Positions 38,893 through 47,439 of a stretch of DNA of 64,000 nt are shown one piece after another. Under the pieces are notes generated by a model. That model saw only the letters and a list, made by a program, of their open reading frames with translations, searched no databases and had not been told where the DNA came from. This DNA is from Bacteriovoracaceae bacterium. GTDB lineage: Bacteria > Bdellovibrionota > Bacteriovoracia > Bacteriovoracales > Bacteriovoracaceae. The stretch spans positions 1,619,466 through 1,683,465 of the forward strand of contig OZ242254.1 of NCBI GenBank assembly GCA_965206965.1, in the 5' to 3' direction. A program made the translations under genes and the position numbers. How positions within the stretch are numbered: position 1 is the first letter of the stretch; each line of letters opens with the position of its first letter.

Positions 38893-41800
38893 TTGGTTCG
38901 ATTGGGAAAATGTAGGCAACGCATTCGCTTCAGCTTAGCTGTTTGGCTTCTTTTCATAAGTTCACCTTGTTTGGCCAATCAAGTGGCGATTCCTCTAGAA
39001 CCGATTCGGCAGCCATCTGATGACCTTTGGTTTGAGGGAAGGGTTTTGACTTCGGAGGAGGCTTGGGAGCTCTCTCATCGCCTAGCTGATCCTATTGATT
39101 TAGCGGCAATTAATCCACGAGAGAGTGAAGTTTGGAGAAATTTTTTTCCTGGAAATCTAGCGGGACAAGACGATTTCTTCCTTGATGAAGAAACTATTGT
39201 TCAGTTTAAAGGAGTACTTATCTCCTACTCTGGTTTGATGAGGTTTAATGTTCTTCCTGTAAGGGGTGAGAACAATAAATTTTTTACTGTTATTATGCAA
39301 AAGACGTTACATACAATGCTTATGCGTAAAAATTTATTGAGAAAATTAGGTTATAAAATACCTAAGATAAAATATCTCAAATCACTTAAAGTTCAATTTG
39401 AAAGTATTGGAGAGAGAGACCGTTTTTTAAAACACCAAATTCCTCAGAATACTTATGGAGCTTTTACTCGTTGGACGGATAAAGAGCTTGACTCTCTGGG
39501 GAATCAGCTTGTTATCGAATTTAAAGATATCGCCGTTATGATGCCTTCAGAGGAGGATCATTACAATGTGGCGATGGGTGTTCCCCCCAAACGATTAACT
39601 GGTCGTACTTTGCGGGCGCTGGCGATTCCCTACGCTCTTTTAAATGTTGGAGAATCGATTAACAAACTATCTTGGCACGTAGGACGTCAAGACAATCAAT
39701 CGATTATTTTGCCTCACTTTGTGTTAGCAGATATGAATACAACATTGGATGATGCCAAATGGATGTTGAGGCGACTAGAGAAATTAAATCGTCGCGATTT
39801 AGAAGAGATCGTTGAATTGGCTCATTATCCACCAGCCGTGGCTAAAATTTTAGTAGAAAAGATAATTTCTCGTCGCAATTCTCTTTTTCTTTTGTTTCAG
39901 TTGAACTCACCAGCATTGGCTTTTGATCCGAAAGTTTCTTTTGGTGAAGAACTAGAGGAAGGAGTTGTTTTAAGAGAAAATTGGGAAGGTTACGCTTCTC
40001 GTTTTGCCCATGGGAAACCAGATGGCCCTTTTCAAGATTTTCAATACTTTGTTTTTAGCAAGATCCGAAGTGGAGTTATTGAAAACCTGGTGAATCTAGT
40101 CAATGGCAAATTGAGGGCCTTCAAACCTTCTGATCGGCGCCTTCGGTTTCACCAAGAGCAGTTTGAAACGGGTCTAAATCATTTTGTTGATACGGGTGAA
40201 TTTAGAGAGTTTGGAATTGGTGCTTGGGCAAGCCCTATTCTCAGCGGACAGTTAATCCTTTCAAGAGATATTGTGGTTGGTAGTTATCTTGGTACTGATA
40301 ATTTGGTTCAATTAGCGGATACCTTTGGAATAGCCGTTGATGTAGGGGTTCACGTGGGTATCGAAAATGTGAGTCAAGCTCCAGATCTTTTTTTACGAGC
40401 AGGGGTTCAAGCTGTCAGGACTTACACTCATTTAAAGCCAGTAAAAACACTCAAAGCTTCTTTTAAAGAGCCTTATCAAAATATCATGGTTCCACTAGTT
40501 AAATTACAGCTGAAAAAGCGTTTGGATCAATTGGCAAATTTTGAAAGTGAGTATGAAGAAGGTCACTCTAGTGATAGAAGTTTAGAGGAGAGAAGAGAGG
40601 CTAAAAAGGAGGCTTTTGAGGAGTTAGTTAGGCATTTTAATAAAAAACTAGATGTTGGTGAATCTCTTTTGATTACTGACCGCTTGATACCCAACGTTGG
40701 GATTCAGGGGGCTTTTAATTTGATGAAGACTAAAGTTTCGGTAGGAGGGATAAAAGATTATGCTTTAGTTAAAAGGCTTCACGTTTTTAGGAAAGATGCG
40801 GAGACAATACAGGTTTATGAGGACAAAGGGCGAGGTTGGGGGCTTAGCTTCAATGTTGGAGTCGATCACTATATTCCAATTTTAAGGTTTCAGACCCGGC
40901 GTCACTCGGGAAAATATAATGTTAAGGTGCATACTGTTAATATAAATACCGACTTAGAGGAAAACCCCAACTTTTATACTAATGCGCAAGCACTGTATTA
41001 CTTATTTGAAGAGGGATCGAGTGAACTCTTGGAAAGTCTTGAAAAACCTTATGAAGTAAAGGCTAAATTCGTTGATAAAAGTAGCAAGTTTGCTTTCCTT
41101 GTTTGGAGGGCAAAATACTTAAATGGTGATGCTCACATTAAAGTGAAAACGCCTCAACAAAAAGAATCAGATTATTTGAGTTTGAGTTTGAAATCGCAAG
41201 AAGGGATTAACTATCAAAGTTTTGTCACTGATGTTGTCAATTATTATTTAGGAAAATTTTGGCAAGGACTTAATCTAGGAATTGATCCAGAGAGGTATAA
41301 AAATCCTGCTCATTCTATTCATGGAGTTGCTAAAACTTACTTAGCACGCTATGAAGCACGACTTTCTAATGGGTCCGGGAAAAGTAAAGTTTCTCATCCT
41401 TTTATTAATCTTACTGTTAAAAATGAAGGATGGAGTGCTACTAGAGAAAAAATTAAAGGTATTATTAAAGAAATTAATAAAAGATATGGAACAATTCTCT
41501 TTAACCCTCAGTCTTTGGATAATGCTCAAGGACTGAGACTTTTTGATATTTCTGTGAAGATTAACCTTTATGAATCGGCTATCGCTCGACTTGCCAGTAT
41601 TAAAGATTCAGAGTTGAAGATCATTCAGAGAAGGTATCTCAATGAGCGTAGAGTTGATTGCACTTCTCGTCGGACGAGAAGAGTCCGTGGTCCCCGTTAT
41701 TTTAAAAATTGTGGTTATTTAATTAAGGCGAGAGAAAAAAACCGTGAATGCCAACGAACATTTAAGGACAAGGCTCGTGCACAATGCTTGCTGCAATTGG

Positions 41801-42048
41801 CTGCTAAGCTTAAAAAAGACCTTGAGTTTAAAGATTTTAAAAATCTTTTGGGGGAAAAGAATTTATATGTTTATGGGACGATCAATGGATTTCAGCACGA
41901 GTCGGAAGTATTAAATGAGCCAATATATTCCCATTCGATAGGGGTAATTTCGGGGCGCTATAGAAATGGACCTGTTAGTGCTTTGAAGAAAGTTTTAGAT
42001 ATTCAAAATGGTGAATTTCATGGCTCTTGGATAAGGGAGACGTTGTAG
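38893..42048 (+). CDS. large exported protein of unknown function (~1050 aa)
   Basis: Uninterrupted ORF. I prefer the TTG at 38893, which lies 6 nt after AGGAGG and downstream of the hairpin. It gives MVRLGKCRQRIRFSLAVWLLFISSPCLANQ, a classic signal peptide. The track start at 38848 lies before the hairpin. No motif recognised. Confidence 0.75.
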   Translation: MVRLGKCRQRIRFSLAVWLLFISSPCLANQVAIPLEPIRQPSDDLWFEGRVLTSEEAWELSHRLADPIDLAAINPRESEVWRNFFPGNLAGQDDFFLDEETIVQFKGVLISYSGLMRFNVLPVRGENNKFFTVIMQKTLHTMLMRKNLLRKLGYKIPKIKYLKSLKVQFESIGERDRFLKHQIPQNTYGAFTRWTDKELDSLGNQLVIEFKDIAVMMPSEEDHYNVAMGVPPKRLTGRTLRALAIPYALLNVGESINKLSWHVGRQDNQSIILPHFVLADMNTTLDDAKWMLRRLEKLNRRDLEEIVELAHYPPAVAKILVEKIISRRNSLFLLFQLNSPALAFDPKVSFGEELEEGVVLRENWEGYASRFAHGKPDGPFQDFQYFVFSKIRSGVIENLVNLVNGKLRAFKPSDRRLRFHQEQFETGLNHFVDTGEFREFGIGAWASPILSGQLILSRDIVVGSYLGTDNLVQLADTFGIAVDVGVHVGIENVSQAPDLFLRAGVQAVRTYTHLKPVKTLKASFKEPYQNIMVPLVKLQLKKRLDQLANFESEYEEGHSSDRSLEERREAKKEAFEELVRHFNKKLDVGESLLITDRLIPNVGIQGAFNLMKTKVSVGGIKDYALVKRLHVFRKDAETIQVYEDKGRGWGLSFNVGVDHYIPILRFQTRRHSGKYNVKVHTVNINTDLEENPNFYTNAQALYYLFEEGSSELLESLEKPYEVKAKFVDKSSKFAFLVWRAKYLNGDAHIKVKTPQQKESDYLSLSLKSQEGINYQSFVTDVVNYYLGKFWQGLNLGIDPERYKNPAHSIHGVAKTYLARYEARLSNGSGKSKVSHPFINLTVKNEGWSATREKIKGIIKEINKRYGTILFNPQSLDNAQGLRLFDISVKINLYESAIARLASIKDSELKIIQRRYLNERRVDCTSRRTRRVRGPRYFKNCGYLIKAREKNRECQRTFKDKARAQCLLQLAAKLKKDLEFKDFKNLLGEKNLYVYGTINGFQHESEVLNEPIYSHSIGVISGRYRNGPVSALKKVLDIQNGEFHGSWIRETL

Positions 42049-44960
42049 TGAAGGCAAGGTTGTTTTTATTTTCATCGATATGGATGGTCTTCTCTTTTGG
42101 TGCAACTGATTTTGCCGATACTCTTTTTACAAAGCAATGGGCATTGAAGAATACTGGGCAAGGGATTCTCTATGCCGAAGATGAGCTCTCTCGAAACCTT
42201 GTAGAGGGAATTCCTGGTGTGGACTTAGACTGGGTTTCTCTTGGTCCCTATTCTATTCCAGTTGACCGTGAAGTCATCGTTGCTGTTATCGATTCTGGTC
42301 TGGATATTTATCATCCCGATCTCAAAGGGAGAATTTGGCTTGATGAAAAGCGTTGCCCGAATGGTTCAGACTCTGTGGAATCGCAGGGATTGCCTTGTCA
42401 TGGGATGAATTTGTTGGAGAGCAATGGGAATATTGCCGATGATACTGGTCACGGCACTCACGTCGCTGGGATTATAGCTGCTAACGCCAATAGTATTGGA
42501 ATTGTTGGAGCTGCCGATTCTCGCGTGAAAGTTATGCCTGTCAAAGTTTTAAGTCAGGAAACGAGAAGCTTTGTTTATAAGGGTCGTCTTATTACAGATA
42601 TCATCGCAGACGGAATTCATTATGCTATCGCCAATGGTGCTGATGTTATTAATATGTCGCTGGGCTGGCCTAAAGTCGTTGAGACTCCCAAAGTGAAAAA
42701 AGCGCTGCAAATGGCTGTTCAAAAAGAAATACCGATTATTGTTGCTGCTGGAAATAATAATAAAAATATTCCTGTTTTTCCCTGCTCTAATAAAGGTGTG
42801 ATTTGTGTTGGTTCTATTGGCAATACTGGAGAGATATCAGAGTTTTCAAATTTTGGAGGGAAGATTGATTTGCTCGCACCTGGTGAATTTATTGTTTCGA
42901 CTTATCCAAGTGTTGATATTGAGTCACGTATTTTGAGAATGAAAGGCTATGAAGCGAAAAAAGGTACCTCTCAGGCTGCACCTTTTGTGGCGGCTATTGC
43001 TGCTAATATGAAGTTGATGAATCCCGATATAAAACTTGGTGAGCTCAAGGCGAAGCTATTGGCTTCTCCTTATGGAGAGAGAAAAGGTTTAAAGCAAAAA
43101 GTGAAAAGAAGTAAGTTTGGGATAGTCAGTATGCGGAGGGCTCTTCAAAAGACCCCTTCTGTTTTTATAACTCCTGATTTTAAAAATCTTTTAGATATAA
43201 AGTTTAATCGCAATACAGGTTCTTTTTCTTTTGAGCTTCCTATCGAGTCCCTTATCGGAGTAGCTGAAAATGTAGAAGTAGCGCTGGAGTTTAGTGGAAG
43301 CCAAGTGTTGCTAGAAAAAGGTTTATTTCAATTGGATAGAATAGAGGAAGGGGAGAGTAAAAGAATTTTTATTAGAGGAAAAGTTGTAAATTTATTTGCT
43401 GATAATAATGTGGATCTTTTTGTCTCTATTAAAACTGGTGATTTTCAACAAAGAACTTCAACAGCACTAATGTTTGCGCGAGATTTGAAGAGAGAAGAAA
43501 ATATAAAGAAATGGAAATTTACTGATCTGACGGCTCATGAAGTCACTTTCTTTAAAGGAATTCGTAAATTATCCAAACTTAAAACGATAAGTGATATTTT
43601 TCATCAAAAAAAGAACCCTGAGTTTTTTGTTGTGCTTAAGAAAAGGCAGACAGATCGCTATACGGTCGTAACTATTGTCGAAATGAAAAACAATTACCAG
43701 ATGGTTAGTAGAGAGCTGAAACTTCCCAAGCTAAATCAAGTATTGGCTATTTTTATAAACGATACAAATAGAGATGGAAAACTTGATTACTTTATTTATG
43801 GTCTGAATGAGAAAAGAACACACTTGACCTTTGATCACTACACAAGAGAACTCCAGCCTTTATTTGGAAAATATAGTCGTTGGGAGTTTAAAATTTCTGA
43901 ATTTGAAGGTCTTCCTTTGAAAAATGGATTTCAAGAGAATTTTTTATGGTTGGCTCAAAAAGTGGAAGGGTTGGGGAATGTGACAATTCCAGCAATTTTT
44001 AAAAAGTATAAATTACCTAGCGAGGACAATACGGAAGATATCTTGGATCGTTATCGAGAGGACCTGAAGGCTCCCCATCTGTATTATTTGAACCCTGTTT
44101 TGAGAAATGGAAAAGTGACCATTTCCTTGAGAGCATTTGATAGTTTTGACTTTCTGGAGAGCTTGAGAAGAAAGTTAAAGATTGGTTTTCGTTCTTCTAT
44201 CCGGATGGAAAAACCTTTTTTTCAAAGCCGTGAAGATCGATCTAGAGGGAGAGTAAAGGCTCTTATTTCCTATGGTCGAGAGTTTAAAAAGAGTTATCTT
44301 CTTATTGATATTACTGAGGTTAGTAAATTTAAGCTTCAACCTGTTCCAATCAATGGGAGATTGCTGGCAGGTAACTCTATTTTTGCCGTAAGGGATATTA
44401 ATGAGGGGGGAAGTTATTTAAATAGCGCTACCTTTTTGGCTCTTTTGAACCGCTCGCAAGCCAGGGCTTATGTTTACAACCCCAATAATAATTCCTATCG
44501 AGCAACAGTATTAAAAACGGACTCTTGGTCAGATCCGATCTTTAATTATATTGCTGGATTCAATGACCCTAAAGGAACTTTTTTTTTAGAGTCTCGCTAT
44601 TTTGTTCACGCTGTGGATAGTGAGGGCAATCGCCAAAAATTGCCGATTAATCGCGATAGTACTTTTCCTGGGGTGAGTTTTTCTGAAACCCTAGAACCTA
44701 TAGTCGTCAATTATCGAGAAAGGTCTCGCCCGGGCATTTTTATTAACTCAACTCTCATTTTTGGCGATCGCCTCTACACTATGGTGAAAACAGATGGTGA
44801 TTTTATTCGCCCTATCGAATTGAGTGTGGCCATTCCCGATAATTGTGCTTATCTCGCCCCCCATTTTTTGGGGGAGAAAGCGAAGGCTCACTATATGATG
44901 CTTTGCAGAGTCGGGAGCTCTGAGGTGGAAATGTGGGCCCTACCTATTGAGGTTAACTAA
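42048..44960 (+). CDS. secreted subtilisin-like serine protease (S8) with a ~600-aa C-terminal extension
   Basis: Catalytic triad motifs VAVIDSGLD, HGTHVAGIIAA and GTSQAAPFVAA, plus oxyanion AAGNN. The GTG at 42048 overlaps the upstream TAG (TAGTG), lies 8 nt after AAGGGAG, and gives signal peptide MKARLFLFSSIWMVFSFGA. The C-terminal part contains a DxNxDGxxD (FG-GAP/VCBS-like) motif, NDTNRDGKLDY. Confidence 0.85.
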   Translation: MKARLFLFSSIWMVFSFGATDFADTLFTKQWALKNTGQGILYAEDELSRNLVEGIPGVDLDWVSLGPYSIPVDREVIVAVIDSGLDIYHPDLKGRIWLDEKRCPNGSDSVESQGLPCHGMNLLESNGNIADDTGHGTHVAGIIAANANSIGIVGAADSRVKVMPVKVLSQETRSFVYKGRLITDIIADGIHYAIANGADVINMSLGWPKVVETPKVKKALQMAVQKEIPIIVAAGNNNKNIPVFPCSNKGVICVGSIGNTGEISEFSNFGGKIDLLAPGEFIVSTYPSVDIESRILRMKGYEAKKGTSQAAPFVAAIAANMKLMNPDIKLGELKAKLLASPYGERKGLKQKVKRSKFGIVSMRRALQKTPSVFITPDFKNLLDIKFNRNTGSFSFELPIESLIGVAENVEVALEFSGSQVLLEKGLFQLDRIEEGESKRIFIRGKVVNLFADNNVDLFVSIKTGDFQQRTSTALMFARDLKREENIKKWKFTDLTAHEVTFFKGIRKLSKLKTISDIFHQKKNPEFFVVLKKRQTDRYTVVTIVEMKNNYQMVSRELKLPKLNQVLAIFINDTNRDGKLDYFIYGLNEKRTHLTFDHYTRELQPLFGKYSRWEFKISEFEGLPLKNGFQENFLWLAQKVEGLGNVTIPAIFKKYKLPSEDNTEDILDRYREDLKAPHLYYLNPVLRNGKVTISLRAFDSFDFLESLRRKLKIGFRSSIRMEKPFFQSREDRSRGRVKALISYGREFKKSYLLIDITEVSKFKLQPVPINGRLLAGNSIFAVRDINEGGSYLNSATFLALLNRSQARAYVYNPNNNSYRATVLKTDSWSDPIFNYIAGFNDPKGTFFLESRYFVHAVDSEGNRQKLPINRDSTFPGVSFSETLEPIVVNYRERSRPGIFINSTLIFGDRLYTMVKTDGDFIRPIELSVAIPDNCAYLAPHFLGEKAKAHYMMLCRVGSSEVEMWALPIEVN

Positions 44961-45101
44961 GCGCCTTGTTCTAAGTTACTAATTTTTAGAAAATAGGTCC
45001 TCTTTCTTTCCCAGGCAAATGGTGCTATGTTTCTGCCTTAATCGCAATCTCGCTCCGCACGGTTAACTGGTGTGGGTGCCGAATAGACCAGGAGGTTCGC
45101 A

Positions 45102-45725
45102 GTGATCTATGAATTGTCCCTTGTGGCAAAAGCTGATCTTAATGAAAAAGATCTAGCTTCTTTTAAAAAACTCGTCCACGAAACAGTCAAAAGTTTTGCC
45201 GGTGAAATTCTCGTTGAGGATGACTGGGGTCGGTTGACATTGGCTCAGCCTACGAAGAAAGGTTTGGAGAGTGGGCATTTTTTGTATTTTCTTTTTTCGG
45301 CAAATAATCAATGTAATGTCGAGCTGATTCGTCGTTTTCGAATTAACGAGAATCACCTTCGCCACATGATTGTTGTCGCAGGGGATGAGTCTCAACGTGA
45401 AGCTATTGTCAAAGCTTATAAGACACCCTTCTCCAAGACTTATCACGGAAGTGTAACAGATGTTGAAGGTAAGGGTAGTGAGGACAATAATCCTCGTAAG
45501 TTTGCTCGGCGCAAAACTTGCTATTTTCGCGCCAATGATATTCGCGCTGATTGGAAGGATCCAGCCACTTACTCTTGGTTGGTTAACGAGTTTGGTAAAA
45601 TCTCTCCGGCTCGGATTTCAGGGGTTTCAACAAAATATCAGCGCTTTGCTACAACGGCGGTTAAAAGAGCTCGTCAAATTGGACTTATCAGCCATGTAAG
45701 CAATCAGGTAGCCTATAAAAGATAA
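45102..45725 (+). CDS. rpsF/rpsR: fused ribosomal proteins S6 (N-terminal) and S18 (C-terminal) in one 207-aa ORF
   Basis: The N-terminus MIYELSLVAKADLNE...EDWGRLTLAQP...HFLYFLF matches S6. The C-terminus RRKTCYFRANDIRADWKDPATYSWLVNEFGKISPARISGVSTKYQRFATTAVKRARQIGLISHV matches S18 (compare E. coli RRKFCRFTAEGVQEIDYKD...[34 protein letters not shown]). There is no stop between them. GTG start 6 nt after AGGAGG. Confidence 0.85.
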   Translation: MIYELSLVAKADLNEKDLASFKKLVHETVKSFAGEILVEDDWGRLTLAQPTKKGLESGHFLYFLFSANNQCNVELIRRFRINENHLRHMIVVAGDESQREAIVKAYKTPFSKTYHGSVTDVEGKGSEDNNPRKFARRKTCYFRANDIRADWKDPATYSWLVNEFGKISPARISGVSTKYQRFATTAVKRARQIGLISHVSNQVAYKR

Positions 45726-45748
45726 AATTTTGATGGGAAGTTAGCTAA

Positions 45749-46774
45749 ATGACAAAAGGTATGGTCGAAAAACCAAAACTTGAAGAAGATAAGGAGCAAG
45801 TGAAGGTTAACGCTTCTCGACGCTTTGGTATAGATCAAAGTAAAGGGCGTCTTTTTTTTCTTATTCTTCTTTCTTTGGCTCTGACAAATTTGGGCTTTGA
45901 TGGCTTTTTGGGCATTGGTCAATACTTTGGTTTACTTTCTTTCTTAGCACCTGTCCCTTTGGCCATGGCCATTCTTATCTATGGGAGGAAGCTTGCTCTG
46001 AGCTTAGCTTTTGGATTGGTTGCATTGTTGGCTTTGGGGGCTTGGTTTGTTCCTCAAGTTGGGGTTGTCGCTGGAGCTTACTTTTTTACTGCCTTTTATG
46101 CTTTTCTTGTAACGGTTGTTATCCAGAATGATGTGAGCCCTATTAAGGGTGTTCTCTACATTGGAACAGTTCTTGTTATAATTTTGTGGATTATGATAGG
46201 AGGGTATAATCTGGCTGTTGAAGGTGGTATTCATCAATATATTACCCAAATGGTGGATGCTAGTTTAAAGCAGGTTCCCAATCAGAAAATTGATCCTAAG
46301 GTTTTAGTAGACTATATCCAAACAATGGGACCTATCTACATAACAATCGCCCCTTTTCTTGCCTTGTGGGCATGCTTCTTTTTAGTTATGAGGAATTCTA
46401 TTTTTTGGAACCATAGAGTTAGTTACTCCTATTCTGGTAAAGATATGGTTTCCTTTAGGGCGCCAGATTACCTTATTTATCCTTTGGCTGCAGGGTTGGC
46501 TTTAAGCTTGACAGGTGGCTATTATGAGATCGATAAAATGGCTTTGATAGGCAATATCTTACTTAGTTTTGTTGGGGTTTTCTACTTTTTTCAAGGGTTT
46601 GGTGTTTTCTTAGATTCTTTGAATCACTTTAAAATTGCAGGCTTCATGAGAAGTTTTCTAGTTGTCTTTGTTATTATCCTCGCGCAAGTTTGGCTTGCTG
46701 TTCTGGGGGTTCTTGATACTTGGTTTGATCTTAGAAAATTTTTTCGAAAAAAATTAGATGAAGGAGATATATAA
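45749..46774 (+). CDS. polytopic membrane protein, DUF2232/YybS-like by topology and position
   Basis: About eight TM helices. It sits directly upstream of rplI-dnaB, as yybS does in Bacillus. The family call is tentative. Its stop overlaps the rplI ATG. Confidence 0.55.
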   Translation: MTKGMVEKPKLEEDKEQVKVNASRRFGIDQSKGRLFFLILLSLALTNLGFDGFLGIGQYFGLLSFLAPVPLAMAILIYGRKLALSLAFGLVALLALGAWFVPQVGVVAGAYFFTAFYAFLVTVVIQNDVSPIKGVLYIGTVLVIILWIMIGGYNLAVEGGIHQYITQMVDASLKQVPNQKIDPKVLVDYIQTMGPIYITIAPFLALWACFFLVMRNSIFWNHRVSYSYSGKDMVSFRAPDYLIYPLAAGLALSLTGGYYEIDKMALIGNILLSFVGVFYFFQGFGVFLDSLNHFKIAGFMRSFLVVFVIILAQVWLAVLGVLDTWFDLRKFFRKKLDEGDI

Positions 46775-47391
46775 TGAAAGTCATTCTTACTGAGAAAGTG
46801 TCTACTCTGGGTAGTGTTGGTGAAATTGTCAATGTGAAGCCTGGCTACGCTAGAAATTTTCTCATTCCTAACAGTAAGGCCATTGTTGCTGATCAAAGTA
46901 ATCAAGCTCAGCTTAACCATATGGATAAAATGCTAGCTAAAAAAGTAACTGAGGAGAAAACCTCTGCTGAATCTATTAAAGCAAAACTGGATGGACTAAG
47001 CCTTGAGTTGATTAAAAAGGTGGGAGCTTCAGGAAAGCTTTTTGGAACAGTAACAACCAATGACCTCTCTAAAGAGTTGGCGGCTAAAGATATTGTCATT
47101 GAACGTCGCCTTCTTGTGGTTGATAAACCGATCAAAGCTTTGGGTACTTACAGTATCAAAGCTAAATTATTTAAAGACGTAGAGGCTAATTTCACTGTTA
47201 AAGTTGAAATAGATCCAGCTCAAGCAGAAGAGCTTAAAAAGAAGGCTCAACAAGCTGCTAAGAAAAAGAAAGAGATGGAAGCCAAGGCCAAAGAAGAAGA
47301 AGGAAAAGAGAAAACTGAAGAAGCTCAACCACAAGAGCTAACTGAAGAACAGAAACTAGCGAAGGAAGCCGCAGAACTTCTGAAAAGCTAA
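46774..47391 (+). CDS. rplI: 50S ribosomal protein L9 with a ~55-aa Lys/Glu-rich C-terminal tail
   Basis: MKVILTEKVSTLGSVGEIVNVKPGYARNFLIP is the canonical L9 N-terminus. The protein is 205 aa against ~149 aa typical; the tail reads AEELKKKAQQAAKKKKEMEAKAKEEEGKEK. Confidence 0.9.
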   Translation: MKVILTEKVSTLGSVGEIVNVKPGYARNFLIPNSKAIVADQSNQAQLNHMDKMLAKKVTEEKTSAESIKAKLDGLSLELIKKVGASGKLFGTVTTNDLSKELAAKDIVIERRLLVVDKPIKALGTYSIKAKLFKDVEANFTVKVEIDPAQAEELKKKAQQAAKKKKEMEAKAKEEEGKEKTEEAQPQELTEEQKLAKEAAELLKS

Positions 47392-47439
47392 AATTGATAT
47401 TTTTGATTTAAATTCTTTGGAAATTGAGGAAGCAGGATA

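Noticed and set aside
38888-38902. GGTTCGA T-loop-like string, which might flag a tRNA.
   Set aside because: It lies at the start of a long CDS and has no acceptor, D-arm or anticodon-arm complementarity around it. I found no tRNA-like cloverleaf in any intergenic region of the window.
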